A program made the translations under genes and the position numbers. 64,000 bases of DNA, from NCBI GenBank assembly GCA_945903275.1, contig CAMDNW010000001.1, positions 35,094 through 99,093 on the forward strand, given 5' to 3'. This document shows positions 51,958 to 62,399 of the stretch, piece by piece. Each line of letters begins with the position of its first letter. Position 1 is the first letter of the stretch. The notes under the pieces are model-generated. The model did no database searches, was not told the origin of the DNA, and was given only the letters and a program-made list of their open reading frames with translations. The stretch is from Thermoflexus hugenholtzii JAD2 (GTDB lineage: Bacteria; Chloroflexota; Dehalococcoidia; UBA2979).

Positions 51958-52890
51958 TTAACCCTTGGGCGTCGCCGCGACCAGTTCGCGGACGGCCTTG
52001 CCCGCCTCCTTGATGCCGGCGACCTCGTCGTCGGACAGGGGCGGCGTGTAGACCTTCTGGATGCCGCCCTCGCCGAGCAGCACCGGAGCGCCTACGTAGC
52101 CGTTGCGGACGCCCCACGGGCCATTGAGCAGCGTTGCACAAGGCAGGATGCGCCGCTCGTCGAGCAGGATGGCGTCCACCATTTCGATGGTGGCGGCGGC
52201 GGGCGCGATGAATGCGCTGCCGGTCTTCAGCAGGTCGACGATTTCAGCCCCGCCGCGCTTGGTGCGGGCCACCAGGGCGTCGACCTTGCGAGTGTTCAGC
52301 AACTGGGTCAGCGGCACGCCGCCAACGGTCGCGTTGGAGACGATCGGAACCATGGTGGCCTCGGTGTGGCCACCGAGTACCCAAGCGCAGACATCCTTCA
52401 CGGATGCGCCGGTCTCCATCGAGATGAAGGCACGGTAGCGGGCGCTGTCTAGCATGCCGCCCTGACCGATCACGCGCTCCTTCGGAAAGCCCGAGGCAGC
52501 CAGCGCCACATGGCACATTGCGTCCATCGGGTTCGCAAAGATGATGAGCACAGCATTGGGTGAGTGCTTCGCCGCGTTGCCGACGACAGCGCGAACAATG
52601 CCAGCGTTGGTGCCGAGCAGATCTTCACGGGTCATGCCAGGACGCCTCGCGACGCCTGAGGTGATCACGACAACATCGGAGCCGGCGGTGTCGACCCAGT
52701 CGTTAGTGCCCGTGACGGTGGTGGAGAAGCCAGTCCAGGGTGCCGATTCAGCGATGTCGAGGCCCTTGCCCTGTGGCAGCCCTTCGACGATGTCGATGAG
52801 GACGACGTCGGCGTAGCCGCGCGCTGCCATCATCTGCGCCATCGCGCCACCCGTGTTGCCGGCCCCGACGAACGTTACCTTCTTACGCAG
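51958..52890 (-). CDS. mdh: Malate dehydrogenase (LDH-like), apparent CTG start
   Basis: (L/M)[35 protein letters not shown]. Confidence 0.93.
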   Translation of the reverse strand: MRKKVTFVGAGNTGGAMAQMMAARGYADVVLIDIVEGLPQGKGLDIAESAPWTGFSTTVTGTNDWVDTAGSDVVVITSGVARRPGMTREDLLGTNAGIVRAVVGNAAKHSPNAVLIIFANPMDAMCHVALAASGFPKERVIGQGGMLDSARYRAFISMETGASVKDVCAWVLGGHTEATMVPIVSNATVGGVPLTQLLNTRKVDALVARTKRGGAEIVDLLKTGSAFIAPAAATIEMVDAILLDERRILPCATLLNGPWGVRNGYVGAPVLLGEGGIQKVYTPPLSDDEVAGIKEAGKAVRELVAATPKG

Positions 52891-52910
52891 AGCGCATCTC
52901 CTCCATCCAT

Positions 52911-52934
52911 GTCAGCCTGCCGAGGCAGGCTGAC
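52911..52934. promoter_or_regulatory. Perfect 11-bp hairpin just upstream of the mdh RBS
   Basis: gtcagcctgcc-ga-ggcaggctgac. Confidence 0.45.
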
Positions 52935-52989
52935 TGCTTCATCGACCGCGCATCTGCGCGTTCAGCCGGTTGTGCTAAGTCGCGACCGG

Positions 52990-54204
52990 CTACTTCATCG
53001 CCGCTTGCAGGTTCTCATCGAGCTTGTCGAGGAACTGCTGCGTGGTGAGCCACGGCTCGTTTGGCCCTTGCAGCAGCGACAGGTCGCGCGTCATGGAACC
53101 GGACTCGATGGTCTTTACGCAGACGTCCTCAATGGTCGCCGCGAACGCGGCGAGATCCTTGTTGTCGTCCAGCTTCGCGCGGTGCGAGAAGCCACGAGTC
53201 CACGCGAAGATCGAGGCGACCGGGTTGGTGGAGGTCGCGTTGCCCTTCTGGTGCTCGCGGTAGTGGCGGGTGACGGTGCCGTGGGCGGCCTCGGCCTCGC
53301 ACGTCATGCCGTCGGGCGTGAGCAGGACAGAGGTCATCATGCCGAGCGAGCCGTAGCCCTGCGCGACGATGTCCGACTGGACATCGCCGTCGTAGTTCTT
53401 GCAGGCCCAGACGAAGCCGCCGCTCGACTTCAGCGCCTGCGCGACCTGGTCGTCGATCAGGCGGTGTTCGTACCAGATGTTCTTCGCCTTGAACCCCTCG
53501 GCGAACTCGGCGTCGAAGACCTCCTGGAAGATGTCCCGGAAGCGCCCGTCGTAGGCCTTCAAGATCGTGTTCTTGGTCGAGAGATAGACCGGCCAGCCGC
53601 GCATCAGGCCATAGTTCAGCGAGGAGCGGGCGAAGCCACGGATCGATTCATCAACGTTGTACATCGCCATCGCGACACCGGGGTCGGTGAAGTGGAAAAC
53701 CTGATAATCAGTCGCTGCGCTGCCATCGTCGGGAGTGAACTTCATCGTGAGGGTGCCCGCGGACGGCACTTTGAAGTCGGTCGCGCGGTATTGGTCGCCG
53801 AAGGCGTGTCGGCCGATGACGATTGGCTGCGTCCAGCCGGGGACGAGCCGCGGGATATTGGCGCAGATGATCGGTTCGCGGAAGACGGTGCCGCCAATGA
53901 TGTTGCGGATCGTTCCGTTGGGCGAGACCCACATCTTCTTGAGGCTGAACTCTTCGACGCGTCCCTCGTCGGCCGTGATGGTCGCGCACTTCACGCCTAC
54001 GCCGTACCGCTTGATGGCTTCGGCGGAATCGATGGTGATCTGGTCGTTGGTCTCATCGCGCTTCTGGATGCTGAGGTCGTAGTACTTCAGGTCGACATTC
54101 AGGTACGGGAGGACGAGTTTCTCCCGAATGAACCCCCACATGATCCGTGCCATCTCGTCGCCGTCGATCTCCACGATCGGGTTCTTCACCGGGATCTTGG
54201 CCAT
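52990..54204 (-). CDS. icd: NADP-dependent isocitrate dehydrogenase (eukaryote-like type II)
   Basis: [47 protein letters not shown]. Confidence 0.97.
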   Translation of the reverse strand: MAKIPVKNPIVEIDGDEMARIMWGFIREKLVLPYLNVDLKYYDLSIQKRDETNDQITIDSAEAIKRYGVGVKCATITADEGRVEEFSLKKMWVSPNGTIRNIIGGTVFREPIICANIPRLVPGWTQPIVIGRHAFGDQYRATDFKVPSAGTLTMKFTPDDGSAATDYQVFHFTDPGVAMAMYNVDESIRGFARSSLNYGLMRGWPVYLSTKNTILKAYDGRFRDIFQEVFDAEFAEGFKAKNIWYEHRLIDDQVAQALKSSGGFVWACKNYDGDVQSDIVAQGYGSLGMMTSVLLTPDGMTCEAEAAHGTVTRHYREHQKGNATSTNPVASIFAWTRGFSHRAKLDDNKDLAAFAATIEDVCVKTIESGSMTRDLSLLQGPNEPWLTTQQFLDKLDENLQAAMK

Positions 54205-54255
54205 ACGTCGTCCCCTTCCCCTATCGCCGCCGAGCTCCTCGTGCAGCGCCGCCTG

Positions 54256-55803
54256 CTAGAGCGGAATATTGCCGTGCTTCTTAGCCGGGAGCGTCTCGGC
54301 CTTGGAGCGGAGCATCTCAAGTGCATGCGCGATCTTGGCGCGGGTGTCCCGCGGGTCGATCACGTCGTCAATGTAGCCTTTCGCGGCGGCAATGTACGGG
54401 TGTTCGTAGCGGCGCTTGTAGTCGGCCACCAGCTGAACGCGAGCCACGGTGGGGTCTGGCGCGTTCTGGATGTCGCGGCGGTTGATGATGTTGACCGCCT
54501 GGTCGCCGCCCATGACGGCGATCGCGGCTCCCGGCCAGGCGTAGTTCACGTCGGCCCCGAGGTGCTTGGAACCCATCGCGTCGTACGCGCCGCCGAAGCC
54601 CTTGCGGGTGATGACGGTGACCTTGGGTACGGTGGCCTCGGCGTAGGCGTAGAGCAGCTTCGCGCCGTGGTTGATGACCCCGCCGTATTCCTGCGCGACA
54701 CCGGGGAGGTAGCCCGGCACGTCCACCAGCGTGACCACAGCGATGTTGAACGAGTCGCAGAAGCGGACGAACCGTGCCGCTTTACGCGAGGAGTCGATGT
54801 CCAGCACGCCGCCGAGGTACATCGGCTGGTTGGCGACGACGCCAACGGTGTACCCGCCGATGCGGCCAAGCGCGCAGACGATGTTCTGCGCGAATGCCTC
54901 GTGCACCTCGATGAAGCCGCCGTTGTCGACCACGCGCTCTATGACATCGCGGACGTCGTATGGGAGATTCTCTTCGGCGGGGACGATGTTGAGGATGTCG
55001 TCGATGCGGCGGTTGGTGTCGTCCCCGGTATCGACGTAGGGCGGGTCTTCCATGTTGTTGGAAGGAATGAAGGAGATCAGGCGGCGCACCTGATCAACAC
55101 ATTCCTGCTCGGTCGGGGCGGAGAAGTGAGCGACACCGGACTTCGCAGCGTGAGAGCGTGCGCCACCCAGTTCTTCGAAGGTGGTCTTTTCGCCGGTGAC
55201 GCTCTGGATAACATCGGGGCCAGTGATGTACATCTGCGAGGTGCCCTCGACCATGAAGATGAAGTCCGTGATCGCGGGTGAGTAGACGGCGCCGCCAGCG
55301 CAGGGGCCCATGATCACGCTGATCTGCGGAATGACGCCAGAAGCGCGCACGTTGCGTAGGAAGATGTTGCCATAGCCAGCGAGGGCTCCCACGCCCTCCT
55401 GGATGCGCGCGCCACCGGAGTCGTTCAAACCGACGACCGGCGCACCGGTCTTCATCGCGAGATCCATGAGTTTCGAGATTTTTTCGCCCATCACTTCGGA
55501 CAGCGAGCCGCCGAAGAGGGTGAAATCCTGTGCGAAGACGTAGAGCAGGCGACCGTCGATGCGGCCCCAGCCGGTGACTACCGCGTCGCCGTAATAGCGC
55601 TCGCTGTCCGCCTCGTTCTCACTCCACTGGACGGCGAGGGCATCGATCTCCTCAAACGAGCCGGGATCGACGAGCAGGGCGATGCGCTCACGGGCAGTGA
55701 GTTTACCGCGCTCGTGTTGCGCGTCGATGCGATCCTGGCCGCCGCCGAGGGCGGCACGGCGTTTGAGTTCGGTCAGGTACTCGAGTTGCTCGTCGAAAGG
55801 CAT
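54256..55803 (-). CDS. Acyl-CoA carboxylase carboxyltransferase beta subunit (PccB/MmdA-like)
   Basis: GKLTARERI, DSGGARIQEG, CAGGAVYSPA, DVPGYLPG, KKHGNIPL. Confidence 0.95.
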   Translation of the reverse strand: MPFDEQLEYLTELKRRAALGGGQDRIDAQHERGKLTARERIALLVDPGSFEEIDALAVQWSENEADSERYYGDAVVTGWGRIDGRLLYVFAQDFTLFGGSLSEVMGEKISKLMDLAMKTGAPVVGLNDSGGARIQEGVGALAGYGNIFLRNVRASGVIPQISVIMGPCAGGAVYSPAITDFIFMVEGTSQMYITGPDVIQSVTGEKTTFEELGGARSHAAKSGVAHFSAPTEQECVDQVRRLISFIPSNNMEDPPYVDTGDDTNRRIDDILNIVPAEENLPYDVRDVIERVVDNGGFIEVHEAFAQNIVCALGRIGGYTVGVVANQPMYLGGVLDIDSSRKAARFVRFCDSFNIAVVTLVDVPGYLPGVAQEYGGVINHGAKLLYAYAEATVPKVTVITRKGFGGAYDAMGSKHLGADVNYAWPGAAIAVMGGDQAVNIINRRDIQNAPDPTVARVQLVADYKRRYEHPYIAAAKGYIDDVIDPRDTRAKIAHALEMLRSKAETLPAKKHGNIPL

Positions 55804-55870
55804 CGTGCTCGATCCTCCCCAAGTTCGGGGGTTACTTCGCCGGGAGTATCCGTGTTCGTTGCCCGCAGCG

Positions 55871-56530
55871 CTAGCGGGGACGCGGGATAAAGAGTGTATC
55901 GCCAATCTGGATGCTGGCGAGGCTTGCGACTGTTCGGTTATTAGCGGCGGCGAGATCCTCGACGGTAACCTCGAACCGGGAGGCGATGTCGAAAGAAGTG
56001 TCGCCTGAGCGGACGGTGTACGTCAGCAGCCTGCCTGCCGGGGTGGTGGTCGGCGCTGGAGTAGACGTCGGCGTGGGCGATGGCCGGGGTGTGCCGGTTG
56101 TGCTGGGCGTAGCGGTGCCGGTGGCCCCAGGGCGTACGGTGCCCGTGGCGGTGGGTGCTGGGGTCGCCGTCCCCAGCACGGTTGAGGTGGTGGGGATCAC
56201 CAGTTCCTGCCCGATCTTGAGGTCGGTGGGATTGGTGATGTTGTTCCGCTTCACGATGGCCTCGACGGTCGCATCATAACGCTTGGCGATCGTGAGGAGC
56301 GTGTCACCGGCCTCGATACGGTAGGTGGTTTCGCGCGGAGCGGCGCCACCGGCGCTTGATCCGCCGCTGGCATCTACGATGGTTGGCACCGGAGGCTGCG
56401 GGTACGGGGTGGCGGTCGTAATCCTGGTCTGCTTGGGCGTGGCGACAGTGGTGGGCGTGTCCGTGCCGCACGCAGCCAGCAGCAAGGCGAACGCGCCAGC
56501 CAGCAGTAACCGAGGTGTGCGGTGCAACAT
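55871..56530 (-). CDS. Lipoprotein with two LysM domains
   Basis: LAAC lipobox; YRIEAGDTL and YTVRSGDT LysM repeats separated by a Thr/Pro linker. Confidence 0.92.
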   Translation of the reverse strand: MLHRTPRLLLAGAFALLLAACGTDTPTTVATPKQTRITTATPYPQPPVPTIVDASGGSSAGGAAPRETTYRIEAGDTLLTIAKRYDATVEAIVKRNNITNPTDLKIGQELVIPTTSTVLGTATPAPTATGTVRPGATGTATPSTTGTPRPSPTPTSTPAPTTTPAGRLLTYTVRSGDTSFDIASRFEVTVEDLAAANNRTVASLASIQIGDTLFIPRPR

Positions 56531-56612
56531 CAGCGCCTCGTCCGGGGGGGGGTGGGGGAGTCGAGGCATCGTAGCGACGCCCAATGCGCTCGGACAACCT
56601 CGGCGAGCAGTG

Positions 56613-57929
56613 TTAGCCCGCATAGAGGTCATCGAGGAGCGCGACAGCAAGGTCGAGGAACTTGGCGAGGTCGGCCTGTAAGGTGTTCGCAAAGTCGTCC
56701 TGTGCGGTATGGATGAACTGGTCGTCGCCGGAGTAGAACATCAGTGCCGGGACGCCCGCCGCGATGAACGAAGCGTGGTCGGACGATGCACCCGGCCCGA
56801 TGGAACTGGTGGTGCGCAGCGAGAAGTTGCGAGCTGCGGCAAGGGCGCTGGCACGGGCAGCCAGGTCGGCGTCCCCGATCAGAGCCGGGCGAGTGAGTTT
56901 CGCGACCATATCGAAGTTGAGCATGAAGCGCGCCCCGGCCACGCCGTGCTGGCGGACGAAGGCGCGTGAGCCGAGCAGTCCGACCTCCTCGGAGCCGAAG
57001 GCGATGACACACAGGCCTTCGATCCGGCGGGCACGAGAAAGCTCCATAATAAGTGAGGTGCCTGAGGCGTTGTCGTTTGCGCCGGGGCCAGCGGGCACCG
57101 AGTCGTAGTGACCACCGAGGTAGGCGGTGCACGGCGCGCTGGAGGGGCGGCCAACCACGTTCTGTGACGTGCCCTTGAGCCGTTGCGTCTTCGCGCTTAC
57201 GCCGATACGGCGCCCGGCTTGTGCCTTGAGCGCCGCGCCATCCTCGCTGGAGATGCCGACCACCGGAATGCGTGCACCGTCTGTGCCGAGGTCGCCCCGG
57301 AACTGGCCGGACTGGTTGTTAGCGACAACGACCGCCACCGCACCAGCATCCAGCGCCGCCCGCGTCTTTTCCGCGAACGTTGCGTCGCCGCGAGTCACGA
57401 GGGCAATCGCGCCTCGCGCCTGTACCCCTGCATAGTCTGCGGCGCGCCCGGGGCCATTGATGACAACCAACGCGCCTGTGGCATCACCATCCGGTGAGCC
57501 GCTCATCGGTGTGGCTTCGATATCCGCCGCACCGTCAGGGCGCACCGCGCCGGTTGCGCCGACCGTGAGGTCAACCTCGAATGGTTCGATAGTGGCCTGG
57601 TAGCCAACGGATTCCAGGTGCTTGCGGACGTATTCCGCGGCACGCCGCTCGCCCTCGGTCGTCGAGGCTCGTGCGCCGATGGTGGTGGTGAGTTCGCGAA
57701 GGTGTTGCATGGCCCGCGCGGGGTCGGCCGTCGCGGTGGCTAGGACGCCTCGGGCGTTCGGTGTGGGGCTCAATGCTGCGGCTGTGGTGCCGGTACTGAC
57801 AGCGGCAGTTGGGCTGTTGGTCGCGTCGGCGGTAGTGGCCGGACGGCTGCAAGCGATGAGCGTCAGTGTGGCCAACAGGAGCAATGCGAGCAGTACTAGC
57901 CGTCGCATGGGCTGAAGCAGGGGGTACAT
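56613..57929 (-). CDS. M28 aminopeptidase lipoprotein with PA domain
   Basis: LIAC lipobox, GHYDSV, GANDNASG, SEEVGLLGS, NFDM, SDH, HT. Confidence 0.92.
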   Translation of the reverse strand: MYPLLQPMRRLVLLALLLLATLTLIACSRPATTADATNSPTAAVSTGTTAAALSPTPNARGVLATATADPARAMQHLRELTTTIGARASTTEGERRAAEYVRKHLESVGYQATIEPFEVDLTVGATGAVRPDGAADIEATPMSGSPDGDATGALVVINGPGRAADYAGVQARGAIALVTRGDATFAEKTRAALDAGAVAVVVANNQSGQFRGDLGTDGARIPVVGISSEDGAALKAQAGRRIGVSAKTQRLKGTSQNVVGRPSSAPCTAYLGGHYDSVPAGPGANDNASGTSLIMELSRARRIEGLCVIAFGSEEVGLLGSRAFVRQHGVAGARFMLNFDMVAKLTRPALIGDADLAARASALAAARNFSLRTTSSIGPGASSDHASFIAAGVPALMFYSGDDQFIHTAQDDFANTLQADLAKFLDLAVALLDDLYAG

Positions 57930-57982
57930 CGGTGAACCGCCTATCGAGGGAGCGAAGGCGCGCCTGGGTTTCGCTACTGGGT

Positions 57983-58435
57983 CTATCGAGGCTTGCGACG
58001 GTTCCAGAACTGCCGGAGCCGTTGGGAAAGCGTCGGCGCGCCGTAGCCCGGCGGCATCTGGCGGCCACGCCAATACTTGGGTTGTCCGCCACGACGCTGG
58101 ACGCGTGAGCCGCCGAACACCATCAGCGTGAACGAGGTGAGAAACAGGAAGATTCCTGCGTACATCACCCACGGCCAAGAGATGCGGACGATCTCGCGGA
58201 AGAACATGGAGCCGAGGATCAGTAAAAAGGACGCGAGCATCATCTGCGAGAGCGAGATGCCGGACAGCATGCGCATGAGCGCCTGTTGCTGCGCGGAGAT
58301 ACGGCCCGTGATCTCCTCAACGATTCGGTGACGGGCGCGGTGCTTGCGCTGGGTAGCGTCTGGGAACTGCTCGATGTTCGAGAGGATCTCGTTGATATCG
58401 CGTTCCAGCCGGTCGGGGTCGCGTCGGTCTGGCAT
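57983..58435 (-). CDS. Hypothetical two-TM membrane protein
   Basis: MPDRRDPDRLERDINEIL..., two TM helices, KYWRGR tail; GGAG SD. Confidence 0.7.
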   Translation of the reverse strand: MPDRRDPDRLERDINEILSNIEQFPDATQRKHRARHRIVEEITGRISAQQQALMRMLSGISLSQMMLASFLLILGSMFFREIVRISWPWVMYAGIFLFLTSFTLMVFGGSRVQRRGGQPKYWRGRQMPPGYGAPTLSQRLRQFWNRRKPR

Positions 58436-58563
58436 GGCCGGTCTCCGCTGCGCACCGGGAGCATGGTTACGCTCCACATAGTCTACATCCGCCTCGTGCC
58501 GTCCGGTTGGGCGGCGGCTCGCGATGGTCAGCGCGGCTGCGGATAACGGTTCGCGCCGCGCAG

Positions 58564-60540
58564 TCACACGCGCTCCATGATCAGGTTGCCTTCGCCGTCG
58601 GCGATCGCCGTCCAGCCGGGCGGCACGAGCGTGGTCGAGTCGAGTTGTGTGATCAGCGCAGGCCCGCCGATGCGATCCATCGAGGCAATCGATGCTCGCG
58701 GTAGTACGCGGGTTGCCAGCCGCTCGCCGCCGAACCAGACCTCACGCTCGGCCGGTTCCGCAAGAGCGGCTGGCGTGAGTGAGGCTGTCGCGATGATAGC
58801 CGCACCTTCGCCGGGAACGCGCACGATAACCCGCGCGTTGACGACTTCGACAGGGGCGGCGGGATCGTGGTGCGCGAAGCGCGCCTCGTGTGCGGCATCC
58901 AAGGCGGTGCGCAGCGCCGCGAGGTCGAGTGCGCCATCGACCGGGATCGCGAGTTCGTACGACTGGCCTGCGTAGCGCAGGTCGAGCGCGCGAGTAATCT
59001 CGGCGCTGGAGTCGCCGACCTGATCAAGTGCATCGGCTATTGCGGCATCGAAGGCGATATGGAGTGCACCGAGTGACGCCTCGGCGAGCGGGCACAGCAC
59101 TGAGCGCGTGCGGGTGGCGGTCAGGTCGCTGGCCGCCGCGCCGAGTGCGGCGAGGACGCCAGGGAGCGCCGGGACGAGCACGCGCGGCATATCGAGCGCC
59201 TCGGCGAGCGCGCAGGCGTGTAGCGGACCCGCCCCGCCGAAGGCGACGAGCGTGAAGTCGCGCGGGTCGTAGCCACGCTGGACAGATACGACCCGCAGCG
59301 CCCGCTCTATGTTGGAAGTGGCGACATCGATCACCGCCTGTGCCGCTGTGTGTGGGTCGCCGCCGAAGGCGTGGACGAGCGCTGAGGCGGCGACTCGCGC
59401 GCGACGTTCGTCGAGGCGCATCGCGCCGCCGAGCAGACCGTCGCGCCCGAGGCGGCCAAGTATGACTTGAGCATCCGTGACGGTGAATGCTTGGCCACGA
59501 CCGTAGGCGGCGGGGCCAGGGTCGGCGCCCGCGGACTGCGGGCCGACCCGGAGCGCGCCACCGGTATCAAGGCGCGCGATCGAGCCGCCGCCTGCGCCGA
59601 CGGTATGTACATCGACGGCTGCGGTGTGTGCCTGGAACCCCGCGATGACGATCTCGCTGCGCGTGGGGATTGCACCATCGCAGAGCGCAACATCGGTGGA
59701 TGTGCCGCCCATGTCGAAGGTAACCACGCGGCGGAAGCCTGCACGCTTCGCCACCGCGAATGCGCCTGCGACGCCTGCGGCGGGGCCGGACAGCAGCGTG
59801 GCGACCGGGAGCATCGAGGCGCGGCGCACATCGGCTGCGCCGCCGTCCGACTGCATGACGTGCAGCCGTTCAACACCGCGTGTGGCGACGCCGTCTTCGA
59901 GTTCCCGAAGGTACCTCGACATCACCGGGCCGACGTAGGCGTTGAGCACGGTGGTGGCGGTGCGCTCGTCCTCGCGATACTCGGGCGAGACGCGCGAGGA
60001 GAGCGAGACGTACAACTCGGTTGTCGACGCTGCCACCGGCTCGAACAACTCTTCGAGCGCCGGATTCGCGTAGGAGTGGAGCAGGGAGACGGCCAGCGAC
60101 TCGGCCCCGGCGTCTTCGGCTTGCCGGACAAGGTTGCGGATCTCCGAATGGTCGGGGGCGAGTTCCACCGAGCCGTCTGGGCGGAGACGCCCGTGCAGCT
60201 CGAAGCAGAGTTCGCGCGGCACCAGGGGCATGGGCGTCTCCGCCTCCAGGTCGTACAGGTCGGACCGGGTCTGCCGCCCGATGAGCGGCAGGTCGCGGAA
60301 GCCCTCGGTGGTCACCAGGGCAGTGCGAGCACCGCGACGCTCAATGACTGCGTTGGTCGCCACCGTCGAACCGTGGATGACGAGGTCAGGTACTGTGCGG
60401 AGGGCGTTGAGGCCTTCCATGACGGCACGGGCGGGGTCGTCTGGGGTCGACGGGCGCTTGTGTATCTCGATGGCCCCGTCCCGCCAGAGCAGGAAGTCAG
60501 TGAACGTCCCCCCCACGTCGACGCCGAGGATGACCGTCAT
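58564..60540 (-). CDS. Hydantoinase/5-oxoprolinase subunit A
   Basis: GVDVGGTFTD, HGSTVATNA, SGPAAG, DMGGTSTD, GAGGGS, FGGAG, YAGQ. Confidence 0.93.
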   Translation of the reverse strand: MTVILGVDVGGTFTDFLLWRDGAIEIHKRPSTPDDPARAVMEGLNALRTVPDLVIHGSTVATNAVIERRGARTALVTTEGFRDLPLIGRQTRSDLYDLEAETPMPLVPRELCFELHGRLRPDGSVELAPDHSEIRNLVRQAEDAGAESLAVSLLHSYANPALEELFEPVAASTTELYVSLSSRVSPEYREDERTATTVLNAYVGPVMSRYLRELEDGVATRGVERLHVMQSDGGAADVRRASMLPVATLLSGPAAGVAGAFAVAKRAGFRRVVTFDMGGTSTDVALCDGAIPTRSEIVIAGFQAHTAAVDVHTVGAGGGSIARLDTGGALRVGPQSAGADPGPAAYGRGQAFTVTDAQVILGRLGRDGLLGGAMRLDERRARVAASALVHAFGGDPHTAAQAVIDVATSNIERALRVVSVQRGYDPRDFTLVAFGGAGPLHACALAEALDMPRVLVPALPGVLAALGAAASDLTATRTRSVLCPLAEASLGALHIAFDAAIADALDQVGDSSAEITRALDLRYAGQSYELAIPVDGALDLAALRTALDAAHEARFAHHDPAAPVEVVNARVIVRVPGEGAAIIATASLTPAALAEPAEREVWFGGERLATRVLPRASIASMDRIGGPALITQLDSTTLVPPGWTAIADGEGNLIMERV

Positions 60541-60691
60541 TGGTGGATGTGCCGTGTCTGAACCATCGGTTGCCATCGTACCAGCGCTCGCGGGCTAGTC
60601 AGACCGTTGGGGCGTCCTTGACCCATGCGTAACGGCCCGGATAGCCTGTCTGGGCTTCAACTACCTGTCCATACCTTGGGAGCATCATCCG

Positions 60692-61303
60692 ATGCCGGAT
60701 ATCTACGCCGCTGAACTTCGTACCGCGTTCGGCAAGGCTTCGGCCAAACTCCGCCGTGACGGTGTAGTGCCCGCCAACATCTTCGGGCGCGGCCTCGACT
60801 CGCTGGCCGTCCAACTCCCCACCACTGAAGCGCGCACGATCTTGCGTGACCACGGGGTAAACACTCTGGTGAACCTGCAAGTCACTGGCGAGGCGCAGCC
60901 TCGCCCGGTAGTGGTGCGTAGTCTCCAGCGGCACCCGGTGAGCAAAGTGCTTCAGCACGTGGACTTCTATCAAGTCGACCTCGAGCGGACGATGCAGGCA
61001 CATCTGCCGGTCACGGTCATCGGTACCGCACCTGCAGTGGCGACCTACAAGGGGTTGCTGCTTCACGGCTCGGACAACGTACTGGTGGAAGCGCTGCCGG
61101 CCGTGATGCCGACGCATCTGGAAGTTTCGGTGGACTCGATCACGCAACTGGATGGTCAGGTCACCGTTGCCGATCTGCGGCTGCCCGCAGGCGTGGTAGT
61201 CCTGACACCGATGGACACCATGCTCGCTCGGGTGACCGCGGTGCGCGGCAGTGGCGATGCAGTAGAGGTCGCCGAAGGCGAGCAGGCCGCCGCTACTCCG
61301 TAA
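60692..61303 (+). CDS. rplY: 50S ribosomal protein L25/Ctc (long form)
   Basis: LRRDGVVPANIFG, QRHPV...HVDF, C-terminal beta domain. Confidence 0.95.
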   Translation: MPDIYAAELRTAFGKASAKLRRDGVVPANIFGRGLDSLAVQLPTTEARTILRDHGVNTLVNLQVTGEAQPRPVVVRSLQRHPVSKVLQHVDFYQVDLERTMQAHLPVTVIGTAPAVATYKGLLLHGSDNVLVEALPAVMPTHLEVSVDSITQLDGQVTVADLRLPAGVVVLTPMDTMLARVTAVRGSGDAVEVAEGEQAAATP

Positions 61304-61322
61304 GCCTCGTGTCATCGCCTCG

Positions 61323-62387
61323 TCAGACCAATGTGAGCGACTGCCGCTGCACGTAATCGGTGCGCAGTTGCCCGCAGGCAGCGGCAATCTCCACGCCACG
61401 TTCCACACGCACGGTGGCGTTGATGCCCTCCGCTTGGAGGACGCGATGAAACGCGCGCACGCGGTCGCGTGAGGGTCGGCGCAGTCCGGTACCCGCTGTC
61501 GGGTTGTACGGGATAAGGTTCACGTGCGCCTGGATGCCGCGTATGCGCGAGGCGAGCAGGCGGGCCTGCTCCTCGCTGTCGTTGACGCCGTCGAGGAGCG
61601 CGTAGGCGAACGTCACGCGCCGCCCGGTCGCCTCGATGTACTCGCGGGCGGCGGCGACGAGTTCGTCGATGGTCGTGCCGCCTGCGGTGGGGATGAGGCG
61701 GCGACGAAGGTCGTCGTCCGGGGCGTGCAAGGAGATCGTAAGACCGACTTGGAGGCCCTCGGCGGCCAGCCGGTGGATGCCGGTACGCAGGCCGACAGTC
61801 GAGATCGTGATGCCGCGTGCGCGCAGATCGAGGCCGTCCGCATGGATCATCCAGCGCACGGCGGCGAGCGTCGCGCTTGTGTTGGCCAGCGGCTCCCCCA
61901 TGCCCATGAAGACCACGTTGGTGGCGCGGCCTTCGCGGGTGAAATGCAGTACCTGCGCGAGGATCTCGGCAGGGGTGAGGTTGCGCGTGAAGCCTTGCTG
62001 CCCGGTCGCGCAGAAGACACAACCCATCGCGCAGCCGACCTGCGTAGAGACGCAGACCGTCGCGCGGCCGAAGGCCTCGGGATCCTCGGAGTCGTAGGCC
62101 ATCCGCACGGTCTCGACGGAGTCACCGTTGCCGAGGCCGAGCAGCGCCTTGGTGGTTGCGCCGTCGTCGGTAACGGTTGAGGTGAGTAGCGGGGGCGCAG
62201 CCAGCGTGAACTCCTCGTTGAGCCGGACGCGCAGAGCCGCAGGTAGGTCAGTCATGGCATCGAAGGTGGTGACACCACGCTTCAGCGCCCAGCGAGCGAC
62301 CTGTGAGGCGCGATAGCGCGGCTCACCCCACGCCACGAAGAGCGCGCTGAGGTCGTCCGGACCGAGGTCGAGCAGATGGCGGGGCAT
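61323..62387 (-). CDS. rlmN: 23S rRNA m2A2503 methyltransferase
   Basis: CVSTQVGCAMGCVFC, MGMGEP, SLHA, AACGQL. Confidence 0.96.
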   Translation of the reverse strand: MPRHLLDLGPDDLSALFVAWGEPRYRASQVARWALKRGVTTFDAMTDLPAALRVRLNEEFTLAAPPLLTSTVTDDGATTKALLGLGNGDSVETVRMAYDSEDPEAFGRATVCVSTQVGCAMGCVFCATGQQGFTRNLTPAEILAQVLHFTREGRATNVVFMGMGEPLANTSATLAAVRWMIHADGLDLRARGITISTVGLRTGIHRLAAEGLQVGLTISLHAPDDDLRRRLIPTAGGTTIDELVAAAREYIEATGRRVTFAYALLDGVNDSEEQARLLASRIRGIQAHVNLIPYNPTAGTGLRRPSRDRVRAFHRVLQAEGINATVRVERGVEIAAACGQLRTDYVQRQSLTLV

Positions 62388-62399
62388 GAATCGAGTCTA

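Noticed and set aside
52909-55281. 790-aa + strand ORF
   Set aside because: Antisense shadow of icd and the carboxyltransferase; expected from GC-rich codon bias; no recognisable motifs
56040-56200. Repeat-like DNA in the LysM gene
   Set aside because: Encodes a Thr/Pro/Ala linker; not a CRISPR array or tandem DNA repeat
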